Shown: positions 47,443 to 58,921, numbered from the stretch's first letter. The stretch: DNA of 64,000 bases from Gloeobacterales cyanobacterium (GCA_038245785.1 JBBRSB010000002.1:128001-192000); one strand, 5' to 3'. Notes: generated by a model not told the origin, from the letters alone. Made by a program: numbers and translations.

Positions 47443-47527
47443 ATCCCGCCCGCTGTCTGTATCGAAAGCTATACTTTTAATAGTTTTGTCTCCTTGTTTT
47501 CCATCGTTGCCCATCCGTACTTCAATT

Positions 47528-48628
47528 ATGCTCAATGCACTAATCATTCTCATATTCGTGGCGGCAGGCGCAGTAACAGGATTTGTTGGTGTGGAACTTT
47601 TGCCCCGCCAATGGCTTGGTGGCGCAGACCTGACCAATGGCTCCCGTTGGGTAGCGATGGGGATTTGCTCTCTCATTGCGCTCCCCCTAGGCGTATTGGT
47701 GAGCAATACTTACCGTCGTCTGGAACAAAACATTCGAGAAATGCCCACCGATTCTCTGGTGTCTCGCTCCGTTGGTTTAGTGGGTGGCTTGATTATCGCG
47801 AACCTCCTGCTCGGTCCTGTATTCTTGCTGCCCTTCCCCAGCCAGTTGGACTTCGTGAAGTGGCTGGCTTCCCTTTTAGCGAGTTTGCTGATTGGCTATC
47901 TGGGCATGACCTTGGCTGATAGTCATGGTAGGGGCTTACTCAAGCGGTTCAATTTCCCGGTCAGGACGCTTAACGCCAGTGGCGAAGAGGAGGCTGCCAG
48001 CTTTTTCCCCCAGAGTCATGTCCTGGGCAAGATTCTGGATACCAGTGTCATCATCGATGGTCGCATCGAACAACTGATGTCCACAGGGTTCCTGGAAGGT
48101 CCCGTTGTTGTTCCTTGTTTTGTCCTGGAAGAATTGCAGCTCATCTCAGACAGTTCCGATGATGAGAAGAGGGCCAAGGGACGTCGAGGTCTAGATATCC
48201 TCAATCAGCTGCAAGCAGCCTATCCCGACCGTCTGGTCCTCCACGATTTGGACTATCCCAAACTGACGACGGTTGATGCCAAGCTGATTCGGCTTGCCCA
48301 GGATGGGGAAGCGGCCTTGGTTACCAATGATTTCAACCTGAATAAGGTGGCCAGTTTACAGGGAGTGGCCGTCCTCAATATCAATGAGCTTTCCAAGTCT
48401 CTGCGTGCCAGGCATATTCCCGGTGACCTGCTCCAGGTGAGAATCCTCAAGGAAGGAAAGGAGGCCCATCAAGGGGTCGCCTATTTAGAAGATGGGACGA
48501 TGGTCGTCATCGAGGAAGGGAAAGAGCACATTGGCGAACAGATGGATGTGATCGTCACCAGCGCCCTACAAACTTCTGCAGGCAAGATGATCTTTGCTCG
48601 GACTCACACTCGGCAATTGGCTACGTAA
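47528..48628 (+). CDS. PIN/TRAM-domain membrane protein (YacL-like)
   Basis: TM region, KILDTSVIIDGRI, TNDFNLNKVA and GKE..QGVAYLEDGTMVV motifs. Confidence 0.92.
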   Translation: MLNALIILIFVAAGAVTGFVGVELLPRQWLGGADLTNGSRWVAMGICSLIALPLGVLVSNTYRRLEQNIREMPTDSLVSRSVGLVGGLIIANLLLGPVFLLPFPSQLDFVKWLASLLASLLIGYLGMTLADSHGRGLLKRFNFPVRTLNASGEEEAASFFPQSHVLGKILDTSVIIDGRIEQLMSTGFLEGPVVVPCFVLEELQLISDSSDDEKRAKGRRGLDILNQLQAAYPDRLVLHDLDYPKLTTVDAKLIRLAQDGEAALVTNDFNLNKVASLQGVAVLNINELSKSLRARHIPGDLLQVRILKEGKEAHQGVAYLEDGTMVVIEEGKEHIGEQMDVIVTSALQTSAGKMIFARTHTRQLAT

Positions 48629-48831
48629 TAATACTGAACCCCATGCATGAAAGGCTGCGGTCTGTTCATAGAGAGCAACCTAGAGAATTTCATCATATGA
48701 GGCGCAGGATTGAACAGTGCACCCTTCTTAAGGTATGTTTACGGAACAAGCTGCCTCAATTATTCGACTCTGCTCGAGTAGCTGACTCTTTGGCTAAGCT
48801 TGCAGATAAGTACGATTTGGCTAATTAGGAG

Positions 48832-49653
48832 TTGACTGAGATCACTGTGGATATTACCCTAAAAAACAGTTCAGCTTTGTTACAGGCCCAACGCTACTGG
48901 GAATTAATTCAGGTCCTAGTTACCCGGAACCTAAAGGTCCGCTATCGAGGTTCATTCCTGGGGATGTACTGGTCACTTTTGAATCCGCTAGTGCTGACAG
49001 GTCTGTATGCCGCTATCTTCGGAACAGCATTCTCGCGCTATTACAATAATTCAATTCCTAAGTATGTATTAGCAGTATTTACAGGACTAATAATTCTCAA
49101 CTTCTTCAGCAGCTCTACTATGCAAGCACTAAGCAGTGTAGTTGGCAATGGAGCACTTTTAAATAAGATTCGTATACCGATAAGCATTTTTCCAGTATCA
49201 ATGATTGCAGCAAACATATTTCAATTTATATCGGGAGCATTACCACTGTTAGCTGTTGTAACGTTGATTACTTCTAAAAACATTCTAAACGTACTAGCCC
49301 TGCCTCTCCCATTGCTGGCGCTAGTTATGTTCTGTATGGGAGTGGGTTTTCTAGTAAGTGCACTGTATGTATCTTTCAGAGACCTACCTTATTTCTACGA
49401 GCTGATTATATTTGTACTTTCTATTGGCACTCCGATATTTTATCCTCCAGATATATTACCGGCAAAAGTAAAGCCGTTCTTACTGCTGAATCCGTTATTA
49501 CCAGTTATTGAGAGTATTCGGCAGATAGCACTTTCAGGTAATTCCCCGGATTTTTATTTAATTGGCAACGCATGCATTGGTGGAATAGTTATGCTGTTAA
49601 TAGGATTGGGTTTCTTCCGCTGGAGACAAGCTCAGCTCATGGATTTACTCTAA
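48832..49653 (+). CDS. wzm: ABC-2 polysaccharide export permease
   Basis: RNLKVRYRGSFLG..WSLLNPL, TPIFYP and LNPL motifs. Confidence 0.9.
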   Translation: MTEITVDITLKNSSALLQAQRYWELIQVLVTRNLKVRYRGSFLGMYWSLLNPLVLTGLYAAIFGTAFSRYYNNSIPKYVLAVFTGLIILNFFSSSTMQALSSVVGNGALLNKIRIPISIFPVSMIAANIFQFISGALPLLAVVTLITSKNILNVLALPLPLLALVMFCMGVGFLVSALYVSFRDLPYFYELIIFVLSIGTPIFYPPDILPAKVKPFLLLNPLLPVIESIRQIALSGNSPDFYLIGNACIGGIVMLLIGLGFFRWRQAQLMDLL

Positions 49654-50412
49654 ATGACAGAAGCTATACAGCTAAATAAAGTTTCTTTACTAAGAAGGAC
49701 TCAGGAAGAGTTTTCCTATGACCTAAAGAAGACAATCCTGTCTTTCATAGAGGGAAAGTATAAAGCACCGACTAAAAAGCTAACCCTTGATCAGGTAGAT
49801 TTTACTATAAACGTAGGGGAAAAAGTAGGAATAATAGGTGCAAATGGCTCTGGGAAATCAACTCTGCTAAAGGTCATTTCTGGAATTCTACAACCATCAT
49901 CTGGGCAAGTAAAAGTTAGAGGTAAGATTGCACCACTGATTGAACTTGGGGCTGGCTTTGATCCAGAAATTTCAGTCAGGGACAACATTATTTTTTATGG
50001 AGTACTGTTAGGATTCTCCAGGAAGGAAATGAAAGAAAAATCTCACTCAATTTTGGAGTTTGCAGAGTTAGAAGACTATACGCTAACCCCTGTCAAAGCT
50101 TTATCTTCGGGTATGATTTCTCGGTTAGGATTCGCCATCGCTACAGATGTTCAACCAGATATTCTAATTTTAGATGAAGTGCTTTCGGTGGGAGACGAAA
50201 GTTTTAAGAACAAATGCAAGCAGCGAATTGAGAAATTTTGGGATGCAAATGCAACTGTTTTAGTCGTGTCCCATGATTTGAATTTTGTAAAAGAATCATG
50301 TGAGAGAGGAGTCTGGTTAGACAGAGGTAGGGTAAAATTTATAGGAGAAGCTAGTGAAACAGTTAGCAACTATCTAGAGGGATTAAAGCAGAACCAATAC
50401 CTAAGCATTTAG
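49654..50412 (+). CDS. wzt: ABC polysaccharide export ATPase (no C-terminal carbohydrate-binding domain)
   Basis: GANGSGKST, LSSGM..RLGF and DEVLSVGD motifs. Confidence 0.92.
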   Translation: MTEAIQLNKVSLLRRTQEEFSYDLKKTILSFIEGKYKAPTKKLTLDQVDFTINVGEKVGIIGANGSGKSTLLKVISGILQPSSGQVKVRGKIAPLIELGAGFDPEISVRDNIIFYGVLLGFSRKEMKEKSHSILEFAELEDYTLTPVKALSSGMISRLGFAIATDVQPDILILDEVLSVGDESFKNKCKQRIEKFWDANATVLVVSHDLNFVKESCERGVWLDRGRVKFIGEASETVSNYLEGLKQNQYLSI

Positions 50413-50467
50413 ATTAGGAGGAGGAGAAAGTGTCTAATTGTATATTGTCTTTTCAAGAGTGATGTCT

Positions 50468-51700
50468 ATGAAGGTAGTTCAAATTAGCACTTGGAATGTC
50501 CCCTGTGGCATTGCTGGATATACCAAAGGTCTTATCAATGGCATGTCAAAACACGGCATTGACTGTGATGTTCTACCCATCGATCGGCAAGAGCTGAACT
50601 ACATGAGTAGGAATGAAGTAACCTCATACTTTAATCTTTATAAAGAGAGGTTGTCCTCTGGTTCATACGATATTATTCATATCCAACATGAGTTCGGTTT
50701 TTTCTCTGGTTCTTATGGTCCAGATGTATCAATGTATTCCTTTAATAAATGGATAAAATCTATTTCAAAGTTGAGAAAGCCTATATTTGTTACATTTCAT
50801 AGTGAACCGAGCTTTCTCAAAAGTGGGTCTTCAGGTATATTGGGTCTAGCAAAGAAGAAGAGACTTCAATACCTCTGGGAATTGCAAGTCGCTTCGTTAT
50901 TTAATTCTAAGAAAAATTTATATTCAATTATTCATACAAAGAATTCTCGGAGACAATTCCTGGATAGTGGCTTTGAGAAAGAAAAGATTTGTTTAATAAA
51001 ACAGGGTGTAACTCTTACCCCTAAAGATAATGTTGACGATCTGCAAAAAGCTGCTTTGAAAAAACATTACGGATTTCCTGAAAATTCCGTTGTCCTTGCA
51101 ATGTTTGGGTTCATCTCTACGTACAAAGGCTATCTGACTGCGATTAAAGCTCTTGAATACTTGCCGGAAGAATATCACTTGCTAATTATTGGTATGCCTC
51201 ATCCTCAGGCTAATGATACGGCTTTCAATGATATCGTAAGAGTGATAGAAGCCTCCAAAGGATCGGTTAATTCAAGAGTTTTGCGCAAATTATCCAACTC
51301 TAAAGCCTTATATAAAAGAGTTAAGTTGGCGGGGTATGTACAGTATGAAGAATTGCAGAATTACTATAAAGTTGTAGATATTAGCTTGGCCCCTTATATA
51401 GCTGATGCGAATATATCATCTTCAGCTGCAATAACATGGGCTTTGTCATCAGGCAAACCTGTTATTGCTAGCAGAGTTCCAGCGTTTGCTGAGTTGAATG
51501 AAGACAGTAATTGTTTGTGTACTGTTACCCCTGACACTCCGGGGGAACTAGCTTACCGAATCCAAGAAGTAGCTACCGATGAAGATCTAAGATTGCAATT
51601 AGTTGCTAATGCATCAAAGTACTGCGAGTCTAATCAATGGAGTAACATAGGGAAGGAACATATTGAACTATACACAAGGATTGCGAAAACCTCTCGGTAG
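50468..51700 (+). CDS. GT4-family glycosyltransferase
   Basis: CGIAGYT, HIQHEFG, FGFISTYKG and SSAAITWALSSGKPVIAS motifs. Confidence 0.85.
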   Translation: MKVVQISTWNVPCGIAGYTKGLINGMSKHGIDCDVLPIDRQELNYMSRNEVTSYFNLYKERLSSGSYDIIHIQHEFGFFSGSYGPDVSMYSFNKWIKSISKLRKPIFVTFHSEPSFLKSGSSGILGLAKKKRLQYLWELQVASLFNSKKNLYSIIHTKNSRRQFLDSGFEKEKICLIKQGVTLTPKDNVDDLQKAALKKHYGFPENSVVLAMFGFISTYKGYLTAIKALEYLPEEYHLLIIGMPHPQANDTAFNDIVRVIEASKGSVNSRVLRKLSNSKALYKRVKLAGYVQYEELQNYYKVVDISLAPYIADANISSSAAITWALSSGKPVIASRVPAFAELNEDSNCLCTVTPDTPGELAYRIQEVATDEDLRLQLVANASKYCESNQWSNIGKEHIELYTRIAKTSR

Positions 51701-51719
51701 TAAAATCTGATAGTAAACA

Positions 51720-52691
51720 ATGAAAAAAGCTCTCATTACAGGCTTAACTGGGCAAGACGGCTCTTATCTTGCGGAACTTCTTGTCGGTAAAGGATATAAA
51801 GTCTTTGGCCTAGTACGTCGTTCTAGCTCTAGCAATCTTGACCGCATTAGTCACCTGTCGGGGAATCTCCAAATTCTATCTGGAGATCTTCTGGATCAAT
51901 CCTCTTTGATGGATGTTGTAGCTGAGTCTCAACCGGATGAGATCTATAACCTCGCTTCCCAGAGCTACGTTCCCATCTCATGGACCCAACCTGCCCTTAC
52001 TGCTGAATATACTGCTCTAGGGGTATCTCGTCTCCTTGAGTCCATCCGTCGCTGTAAACCTGACGCCAGATTTTATCAAGCCTCAAGCAGCGAAGTCTTC
52101 GGCCAGCCAGATGAATCTCCACAACATGAGCGCACGGCTTTCCGTCCTCGCAACCCCTATGGCGTTGCCAAAGCTTATGCTCATTGGATGACCATCAATT
52201 ATCGGCAGCAGTACAATCTTTATGCTTGCTGCGGTATTACCTATACCCATGAATCTCCGCGACGGGGTACTGAATTTGTCTTCCGCAAAATCACGCGTAC
52301 CGTTGCCAAGATAAAGCTTGGTCTTGCTAAGGAACTCAAACTAGGTAACTTAGAAGCTCGTCGTGATTGGTGCTATGCCGGAGATGCCGTTTACGCCATG
52401 TGGCTGATGCTGCAACAAGAAAAACCAGATGACTATATCATTGCTAGTGGTGAAGCTCACTCTGTTCGCGAGCTCATTGAATGCGCTTTCAATTATGTTG
52501 GCCTCAATTGGCAAGATTACGTCTCCGTAGATTCTAGTTTCTACCGACCGGATGAATCCGTACAACTAGTTGGATGTATTGATAAAATCCGAGGTGATCT
52601 TGGGTGGAAGCCACAATACTCATTTCAGCAATTAGTTGAACTGATGGTCGACTGTGACCTGAAAGAGTTGAGCAATGAAAAATCACTATGA
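51720..52691 (+). CDS. gmd: GDP-mannose 4,6-dehydratase
   Basis: ALITGLTGQDGSYLAE, YQASSSE, YGVAK, HESPRRG and LGNLEARRDW motifs. Confidence 0.92.
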   Translation: MKKALITGLTGQDGSYLAELLVGKGYKVFGLVRRSSSSNLDRISHLSGNLQILSGDLLDQSSLMDVVAESQPDEIYNLASQSYVPISWTQPALTAEYTALGVSRLLESIRRCKPDARFYQASSSEVFGQPDESPQHERTAFRPRNPYGVAKAYAHWMTINYRQQYNLYACCGITYTHESPRRGTEFVFRKITRTVAKIKLGLAKELKLGNLEARRDWCYAGDAVYAMWLMLQQEKPDDYIIASGEAHSVRELIECAFNYVGLNWQDYVSVDSSFYRPDESVQLVGCIDKIRGDLGWKPQYSFQQLVELMVDCDLKELSNEKSL

Positions 52692-53857
52692 TGAAAGTTG
52701 TAGTTGATGCGACACCACTTTTACCAAAGCCAAGTGGGGTCGGTTTCTATATCTTCAATTTGCTTAAGTCCCTTTATAGATTACAATCACAAAATGATTT
52801 TAGTATAGGGATTTCTTATCAGCCTAGTTTGAAGAATTGGCTTTCTAACAACTTGTCCCCTCCAGAGAATATCAGCTCATATTCTAATCTTCATGTTTTA
52901 CCCATCCCCGTTCGAATTTCAAACTTACTAAGTCTAATTCCGGGATCACCCTTATTTCACTTTGAGCATTATTTAGGATCTCCAGATGTCATGCATGGGA
53001 CTAACTACACAGTTTTTCCATGCAAAGGCACCTTGAATTTGATGAGCCTTTATGATCTCAGCTTTATGAAGTATCCTGAATACGTAAACTCAGCTGTCAA
53101 GCAATATACCAAGAGGGTTAAACAATCCTTGCAATGGACTGATGCTATTCTAACGATTTCTGAAAGCTCCAAAAAAGATATTGTAGAGTATTTGCAAATT
53201 CCTCCTGAGCAAATATATGTAACCCCTCTCGCTAGCCGATATCATGTTAATTATCTGGCTGATGAACTCATTCAGGAGCTTGATAAAAATATTAATTATG
53301 ATTTCTCTCGGCCTTACCTTCTCTTTGTTAGTACCATCGAGCCTAGAAAAAATATCACTTCCATCCTATCTGCCTTCAATCTTCTAAAGAGTAAATATAA
53401 AATCCCTCATAATCTTGTACTTATTGGCCAAAAGGGATGGAAATATGAACCCATTTTCCAGGAAATAGAGCGTTCACCGTGGAAAGAAAAAATTTATCAT
53501 CTGGATTACTTATCTGATGAACTAGTTGCCTTATTCTATTCAAGAGCCGATGTCTTCGTTTATCCTTCCCACTACGAAGGTTTTGGTCTTCCTGTCCTAG
53601 AAGCCATGACCTTGGGAGCCCCCGTGGTCACCTCTAACACCTCATCACTACCCGAAGTTGCAGGAGATGCTGCACTCCTGATTAATCCAGATGATGTAGA
53701 AGAACTAACCACTGTCATTTTGCAAATCATTAGTGATTCTCAGATACGCGCTCAATTGGTCAAAAAAGGTAAGCACCAGGCCAGCTTATTTTCCTGGGAG
53801 AGAACAGCAAGAGAAACTTTGCACGTGTATAAATCTATGTGTGTGCTGAAAGGCTGA
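52688..53857 (+). CDS. GT4-family glycosyltransferase
   Basis: TIEPRKN and [11 protein letters not shown]...[10 protein letters not shown] motifs. Confidence 0.92.
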   Translation: MMKVVVDATPLLPKPSGVGFYIFNLLKSLYRLQSQNDFSIGISYQPSLKNWLSNNLSPPENISSYSNLHVLPIPVRISNLLSLIPGSPLFHFEHYLGSPDVMHGTNYTVFPCKGTLNLMSLYDLSFMKYPEYVNSAVKQYTKRVKQSLQWTDAILTISESSKKDIVEYLQIPPEQIYVTPLASRYHVNYLADELIQELDKNINYDFSRPYLLFVSTIEPRKNITSILSAFNLLKSKYKIPHNLVLIGQKGWKYEPIFQEIERSPWKEKIYHLDYLSDELVALFYSRADVFVYPSHYEGFGLPVLEAMTLGAPVVTSNTSSLPEVAGDAALLINPDDVEELTTVILQIISDSQIRAQLVKKGKHQASLFSWERTARETLHVYKSMCVLKG

Positions 53858-54145
53858 AATATATCCTGAACACTATTTTACAAATTTTCAAAGCTGGAAC
53901 ATTTATTTGGCCAGACATGTCTACGCTATCTCTACCCCAAGACAGATGTTCCCCGTGCTTTCTCCGTCCAGTATGAGGAGTGACGGAAAAACAGCCGAAT
54001 TTTGACTATAATGCTTAAAATGCGGGGAAAAAAAGCTGCTAGATACTTAGTTCTGCGCAAATAGAAGGAAAACTCATTCTCTCTCCTTGGCCGTTGTAAG
54101 AGTCTCACCACGACTTTTATTCCTAACACTCTCAACAGTATCTTA

Positions 54146-55228
54146 ATGAATTCGCTGTTACTGAACCTATCCTTCCTCATCAAGAAACCGACCGGCATAG
54201 CGAACTATGCGACAAATCTTTTTCCCTATCTCAAATCTTTAAATCCAACACTTTTGACTGCACAGACTATTGCAAACCAAAAATGTCATCCTGTCCCGTC
54301 TAATCTGACGCCTGAACAGGGTACAAAAGGACATCTCAACCGTCTGCTCTGGACACAGCTACAACTGCCTCGGATCTACCAAGAACTATCTCCAAGCCTT
54401 CTCTTCTCTCCCGTACCAGAGGCTCCTCTGTACTCAAATTGCCGTTATGTCGTTACGGTTCACGATCTCATTCCGTTGCGTTTCCCCAGAGCTGGTTCAC
54501 CGCTGACCCCTTACTTTCGCTACTACATACCGAAGGTTCTGGCCCAAGCCCAACATGTTATTTGTAATTCTGTTGCGACTGCTCAAGATATTACTCACTT
54601 TTTCAATATCCCAGAAGACAAGATTACCTCTATCCCTTTAGCCCATGATGCTAATCGTTACCGAAAGCTCAATTTGCCGGATGAATATAAAGGGCGTCCT
54701 TACTTTCTCTATATCGGTCGCCACGAAACCCACAAAAATGTACTCCGTCTAGTCACGGCTTTTGCCGCCTTACCCAATTGCCATAACTATGAACTTTGGT
54801 TGGTTGGTTCGAAGGACAAACGCTACACTCCAGGTCTCATGGCGCTTGTTGATGAGCTGGGAATATCTGAGCAGGTTAAGTTCTATGGCTATCTCCCAAA
54901 ATCTCAGATGCCCACAGTGATTAACCAAGCCCTAGCTCTCGTTTTCCCCAGTCTTTGGGAAGGATTCGGCTTTCCTGTGTTAGAAGCTATGGCCTGTGGT
55001 ACACCTGTAATCACGTCAAATATTTCTTCTTTACCAGAAGTTGCGGGGGATGCAGCCCTCCTCGTTGATCCCTACAAAACAGAAGAAATCACGGAAGCCA
55101 TGCAGTTGCTCGCTGATGATTCAGCGCTCCGCTCTCGTCTTTCTGCGCTAGGTATCGCCAGAGCTGCTCAGTTCAACTGGGCAAGTACAGGGCAGGCTAC
55201 GGCAGAATTATTGAAAAAGTTTGTGTAG
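54146..55228 (+). CDS. GT4-family glycosyltransferase
   Basis: TVHDLIPL, HKN and EGFGFPVLEAMACG motifs. Confidence 0.92.
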   Translation: MNSLLLNLSFLIKKPTGIANYATNLFPYLKSLNPTLLTAQTIANQKCHPVPSNLTPEQGTKGHLNRLLWTQLQLPRIYQELSPSLLFSPVPEAPLYSNCRYVVTVHDLIPLRFPRAGSPLTPYFRYYIPKVLAQAQHVICNSVATAQDITHFFNIPEDKITSIPLAHDANRYRKLNLPDEYKGRPYFLYIGRHETHKNVLRLVTAFAALPNCHNYELWLVGSKDKRYTPGLMALVDELGISEQVKFYGYLPKSQMPTVINQALALVFPSLWEGFGFPVLEAMACGTPVITSNISSLPEVAGDAALLVDPYKTEEITEAMQLLADDSALRSRLSALGIARAAQFNWASTGQATAELLKKFV

Positions 55229-55282
55229 CCAGAATCCAAAAGATGATGGGTTATCCTCGGTCGATACTGAGGAATCTAAGCG

Positions 55283-56827
55283 ATGTTGGCGAGAGTTTGG
55301 AGTGCAACTCCTTTGGGCGTGGAGGCTGTCCAAGTGGGTGTAGAGGTAGACCTTGGTGGGGGGTTGCCCCAAACGATAGTCGTCGGTCTACCCGATGCTG
55401 CCGTTCAGGAATCGAGAGAACGGGTTAAAGCCGCCATCAAGAACTCAGGCTATGCCGTCCCAATGCGTAAGGTGACGATTAATCTTGCTCCGGCGGATAT
55501 TCGCAAAGAGGGTCCAGCCTTTGATTTACCAATTGCTGTTGGCATACTCAGTGCTTCTCAACAGGTGAGCCAGGAAGTTTTAGGGGAATATCTTTTCACG
55601 GGAGAACTTTCTCTAGATGGTTCTCTACAACCTGTTGCTGGAATCTTACCGATGGCCCTACGGGCGCAGGCGCTTGGGATGAAAGGCATTGTTCTTCCAG
55701 AAGCGAATGCCCCAGAGGCTGCGATTATTCCTGGTCTTGCCGTCTATGGCTTGAAGAATCTGGCCCAAGTGGGAGATTTCTTGGCCCATCCCCACCGATT
55801 CACGCCGCTTAAACTAGATGCCAACGCTCTGTTAAATGACCTGGAAGACCAGGTGCTAGAGCTAGGGTTGGATCTTGCAGACGTCAAAGGCCAAAATCTG
55901 GCTCGTCGTTCTCTAGAAATTGCAGCCGCAGGAGGACACAATCTCCTTTTGGTCGGACCGCCTGGTTCTGGAAAAACGATGCTGGCCCGCCGTTTGCCTT
56001 CTATCCTTCCTCCCTTAGATTTTGAAGAAGCCCTGGAAGTCACCAAGATCTACTCTGTCTCTGGACTTTTGCAGCATAAAGGTCGATTGGTCAGTCGTCG
56101 ACCCTTCCGCAGTCCTCACCATTCCGCTTCCGGTCCGGCCTTGGTTGGGGGTGGTTCCTATCCACGTCCTGGAGAAATTTCTCTGGCCCATGGCGGAATT
56201 CTCTATCTAGACGAATTAACAGAGTTCCGACGAGAAGTTTTAGAATTTCTGCGGCAGCCGCTAGAAGATGGGAAGGTCACCATTGCCCGCACCCGGATGG
56301 CTCTGGAATTTCCAGCTCGCTTTACGCTGGTCGCCAGCACCAATCCTTGTCCCTGTGGATTCTATGGAGATACGCTGGTCGCCTGTCGCTGTAGCGCTCT
56401 ACAGAGAGAAAAGTACTGGAATCGTCTTTCTGGTCCGCTTCTAGACCGCATAGATCTTCAAGTGGTGGTGACGCGACTCAAGCCAGAAGAAATGAATATT
56501 AAGGCGCATATACCAGCAGAATCTTCTGCCGTAGTGCGCGCCCGCGTAAGCAAGGCCCGTCAGCATCAAAAAGAGCGGCTTCAAGGCGAGAACGTACACT
56601 GCAATGCCCAAATGACTTCTCGACATCTACGCAAGCATGTTGTTCTAGAAGATGCTAGTCGTCAACTTTTGGAAGTAGCCGTACGGCGTTTGGGGCTATC
56701 GGCTAGAGCACTGGACCGAGTACTAAAAGTTGCTCGAACAATTGCAGACCTTGCCAACGAACCGAACGTACACACACCGCATGTGGCAGAAGCTATTCAA
56801 TATCGAGCTTTGGACCGGATGCAGTAA
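55283..56827 (+). CDS. comM: YifB/ComM Mg-chelatase-like AAA+ ATPase
   Basis: VGLPDAAVQESRERV, GPPGSGKT, PFRSPHH, NPCPCG and LSGPLLDRID motifs. Confidence 0.93.
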   Translation: MLARVWSATPLGVEAVQVGVEVDLGGGLPQTIVVGLPDAAVQESRERVKAAIKNSGYAVPMRKVTINLAPADIRKEGPAFDLPIAVGILSASQQVSQEVLGEYLFTGELSLDGSLQPVAGILPMALRAQALGMKGIVLPEANAPEAAIIPGLAVYGLKNLAQVGDFLAHPHRFTPLKLDANALLNDLEDQVLELGLDLADVKGQNLARRSLEIAAAGGHNLLLVGPPGSGKTMLARRLPSILPPLDFEEALEVTKIYSVSGLLQHKGRLVSRRPFRSPHHSASGPALVGGGSYPRPGEISLAHGGILYLDELTEFRREVLEFLRQPLEDGKVTIARTRMALEFPARFTLVASTNPCPCGFYGDTLVACRCSALQREKYWNRLSGPLLDRIDLQVVVTRLKPEEMNIKAHIPAESSAVVRARVSKARQHQKERLQGENVHCNAQMTSRHLRKHVVLEDASRQLLEVAVRRLGLSARALDRVLKVARTIADLANEPNVHTPHVAEAIQYRALDRMQ

Positions 56828-56850
56828 AAGATCCCCCGCTCCCCTGTTCC

Positions 56851-56935
56851 ACCCCACCCTAGCCCTCCCCTTATCAAGGGGAGAGAACTGCATCTCCATT
56901 TCCCCCCTTGGCAAGGGGAGATTAAGGGGGGTCTT
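56851..56935. repeat. Dispersed palindromic repeat (CCCCTT..AAGGGG) overlapping the rsmG stop codon
   Basis: ctccccttatcaaggggag and ccccccttggcaaggggagattaaggggggtctt. Related to 60944-60993. Confidence 0.75.
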
Positions 56936-57692
56936 CCGTCGCTTCAGGCTCACTAGAAGGTTTTGGATCTTCTAGGGCACCAATGGGATACTTCGTCGGC
57001 GTGCCTACTTCTCGTGGAAATACTTCTAGCGTGGGCTTGATTTTGAGAAGATGGATGCAGTGCCGGATAGCTCTGGTGATCGGCAAGGTAAACTCATCCA
57101 CGGAGGCAACCTTAGCGCCCAAGGCATAGGCTGCTCGTTCCAATTCCTGGGCTTCCCGTTCTTCCCACGTGCCTCGGTAAAGAATTACGCGGCCACCGAC
57201 TTTCGCAAAAGGCAGTCCATACTCGGCACAAACATTGGCAGGGGCGACCGCTCGCAGGACAACCAGGTCATAGCCTTCTCGTTGCTGCCGCTTATGGCCC
57301 AACTCTTCTGCTCGACCTGTAATCGTTTGGGCATTGTTAATCCCTAGGCTTTGAATCGCATTATTGATAAAGGCTGTTTTTTTACGGGTACTATCGGCCA
57401 TCATCACGTACCAGGTTGGCTGCATGATAGCGATCGGCATTCCAGGAAAACCACCTCCCGTACCGAGGTCCAGCACCGCAATATCTTTATTCTTTAGCAG
57501 TGGGACAATGCCGCGTAGCGAATCCCAAAGATGTTTTTCCCAATAGGCTTCTGGTTCAACAATACGGGTGAGGTTGAGTTGTTCGTTGGCTTGGATGACT
57601 AAGTTGTAAAAACGGTCAAAAAGCTGGATTTGGTTTGTATCTGGCTGCCAATGCAGCGTATCGGCCCAAAGATGATGAGGTAAGAGCGTCAT
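56922..57692 (-). CDS. rsmG: 16S rRNA m7G527 methyltransferase
   Basis: LNLTRI, KHLWDS, DLGTGGGFPG, RAEE and RAVA motifs. Confidence 0.94.
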   Translation of the reverse strand: MTLLPHHLWADTLHWQPDTNQIQLFDRFYNLVIQANEQLNLTRIVEPEAYWEKHLWDSLRGIVPLLKNKDIAVLDLGTGGGFPGMPIAIMQPTWYVMMADSTRKKTAFINNAIQSLGINNAQTITGRAEELGHKRQQREGYDLVVLRAVAPANVCAEYGLPFAKVGGRVILYRGTWEEREAQELERAAYALGAKVASVDEFTLPITRAIRHCIHLLKIKPTLEVFPREVGTPTKYPIGALEDPKPSSEPEATEDPP

Positions 57693-57745
57693 GAGGATTA
57701 GGGGGCAGGAGTATTGAACTGGTTGGGCACGGGATAGCCTAGAAA

Positions 57746-58921
57746 CTAGACAACAGCGGCCTGTTTTTGGGCCAGGTCTCTAAGCGTCCGACGAGCCCAT
57801 AGGTCTGCTTCCACAATATCTTCTAGCGATGGGCTGTTGATATTGTCGTGGGCTTCACAAGTCGCGTCTAAAAGTCGAGGAATATCTAGAAAAGTGACGT
57901 GCTCCTCCAAGAAGAGACCGACCACTTCTTCATTGGCAGCGTTCAAAACTGCAGGCATCGTACCGGCTGCTCTTCCTGCGGCAAAGGCCAAGTCCATACA
58001 TGGATATTTCTGATGGTCTGGCTCCCGGAAGGTCAAATCTCCGCAGGTGGTCAAATCCAGGGGACGCCACGGGGTCTCAATTCGCTCCGGATAGCCAAGG
58101 GCATAGAGAATCGGTAAACGCATATCCGGCCAACCCAATTGAGCCAATACAGAAGTGTCTTTCAGCTCAATCAAAGAATGGATGATGCTCTGAGGATGAA
58201 TCACAATCCGAATATCGTCATAGCTCAACTGGCCAAAAAGCCAGTGCGCTTCAATAACTTCCAATCCTTTATTCATCAAGGTTGCAGAATCGACCGTAAT
58301 TTTTTGGCCCATAACCCAGTTGGGATGTTTGAGGGCATCTTTCGGGGTAACTTGAGCTAGTTTTTCCGTAGGCCAATCTCGGAAAGCGCCTCCAGAAGCG
58401 GTCAGGATGATCCCTTTTAGTCCATCGGTCGGTACTCCCTGCAAGCACTGGAAAATAGCCGAATGTTCTGAATCTACAGGGATTAACTTAGTACCTTTGG
58501 CCTGAATCCGGGGCAGAACCACAGGGCCCCCGGCCACTAGGGTTTCCTTATTCGCTAAACCCAAATCTTTTCCAGCTTCAATCGCCGCCAGCGTCGGCTT
58601 AAGACCAGCCACCCCGACAATCCCTGTAATCACCATGGGGGCGCTGCCATAGGCCGCTACCTGCACGATGCCTTCTGGACCGACAAGGACTTCAGGCGAC
58701 TGAGGAAAATCAACTAATCTTGCTATAAGTTCCTTGCGTCCGACCTCACTGCCGACGGCCACCAATTCAGGTTTGAACTGGCGGATTTGCTGTTCCACAA
58801 GGTCAATATTGTGATTGGCACTGAGGGCTGTGACCCGAAAGCGTTCAGGGTATTGAGCCACGATTTCCAGAGTCTGGGTACCGATAGACCCTGTAGAGCC
58901 AAGCAAAATGAATTCTTTCAC
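57746..58921 (-). CDS. dxr: 1-deoxy-D-xylulose-5-phosphate reductoisomerase
   Basis: [35 protein letters not shown] and [11 protein letters not shown] motifs. Start likely GTG 58921. Confidence 0.96.
   Translation of the reverse strand: MKEFILLGSTGSIGTQTLEIVAQYPERFRVTALSANHNIDLVEQQIRQFKPELVAVGSEVGRKELIARLVDFPQSPEVLVGPEGIVQVAAYGSAPMVITGIVGVAGLKPTLAAIEAGKDLGLANKETLVAGGPVVLPRIQAKGTKLIPVDSEHSAIFQCLQGVPTDGLKGIILTASGGAFRDWPTEKLAQVTPKDALKHPNWVMGQKITVDSATLMNKGLEVIEAHWLFGQLSYDDIRIVIHPQSIIHSLIELKDTSVLAQLGWPDMRLPILYALGYPERIETPWRPLDLTTCGDLTFREPDHQKYPCMDLAFAAGRAAGTMPAVLNAANEEVVGLFLEEHVTFLDIPRLLDATCEAHDNINSPSLEDIVEADLWARRTLRDLAQKQAAVV

Noticed and set aside
47050..47919. 289-aa plus-strand ORF and the 88-codon 5' extension of hemW
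   Set aside because: Shadow frames overlapping hemW and the PIN/TRAM gene, with no recognisable motifs.
48643..48828. 61-aa ORF before wzm
   Set aside because: No recognisable motif or ribosome-binding site, so probably intergenic.
56723..56975. Short ORFs on both strands at the comM/rsmG junction
   Set aside because: They are translations of the dispersed repeat and overlaps with real genes.
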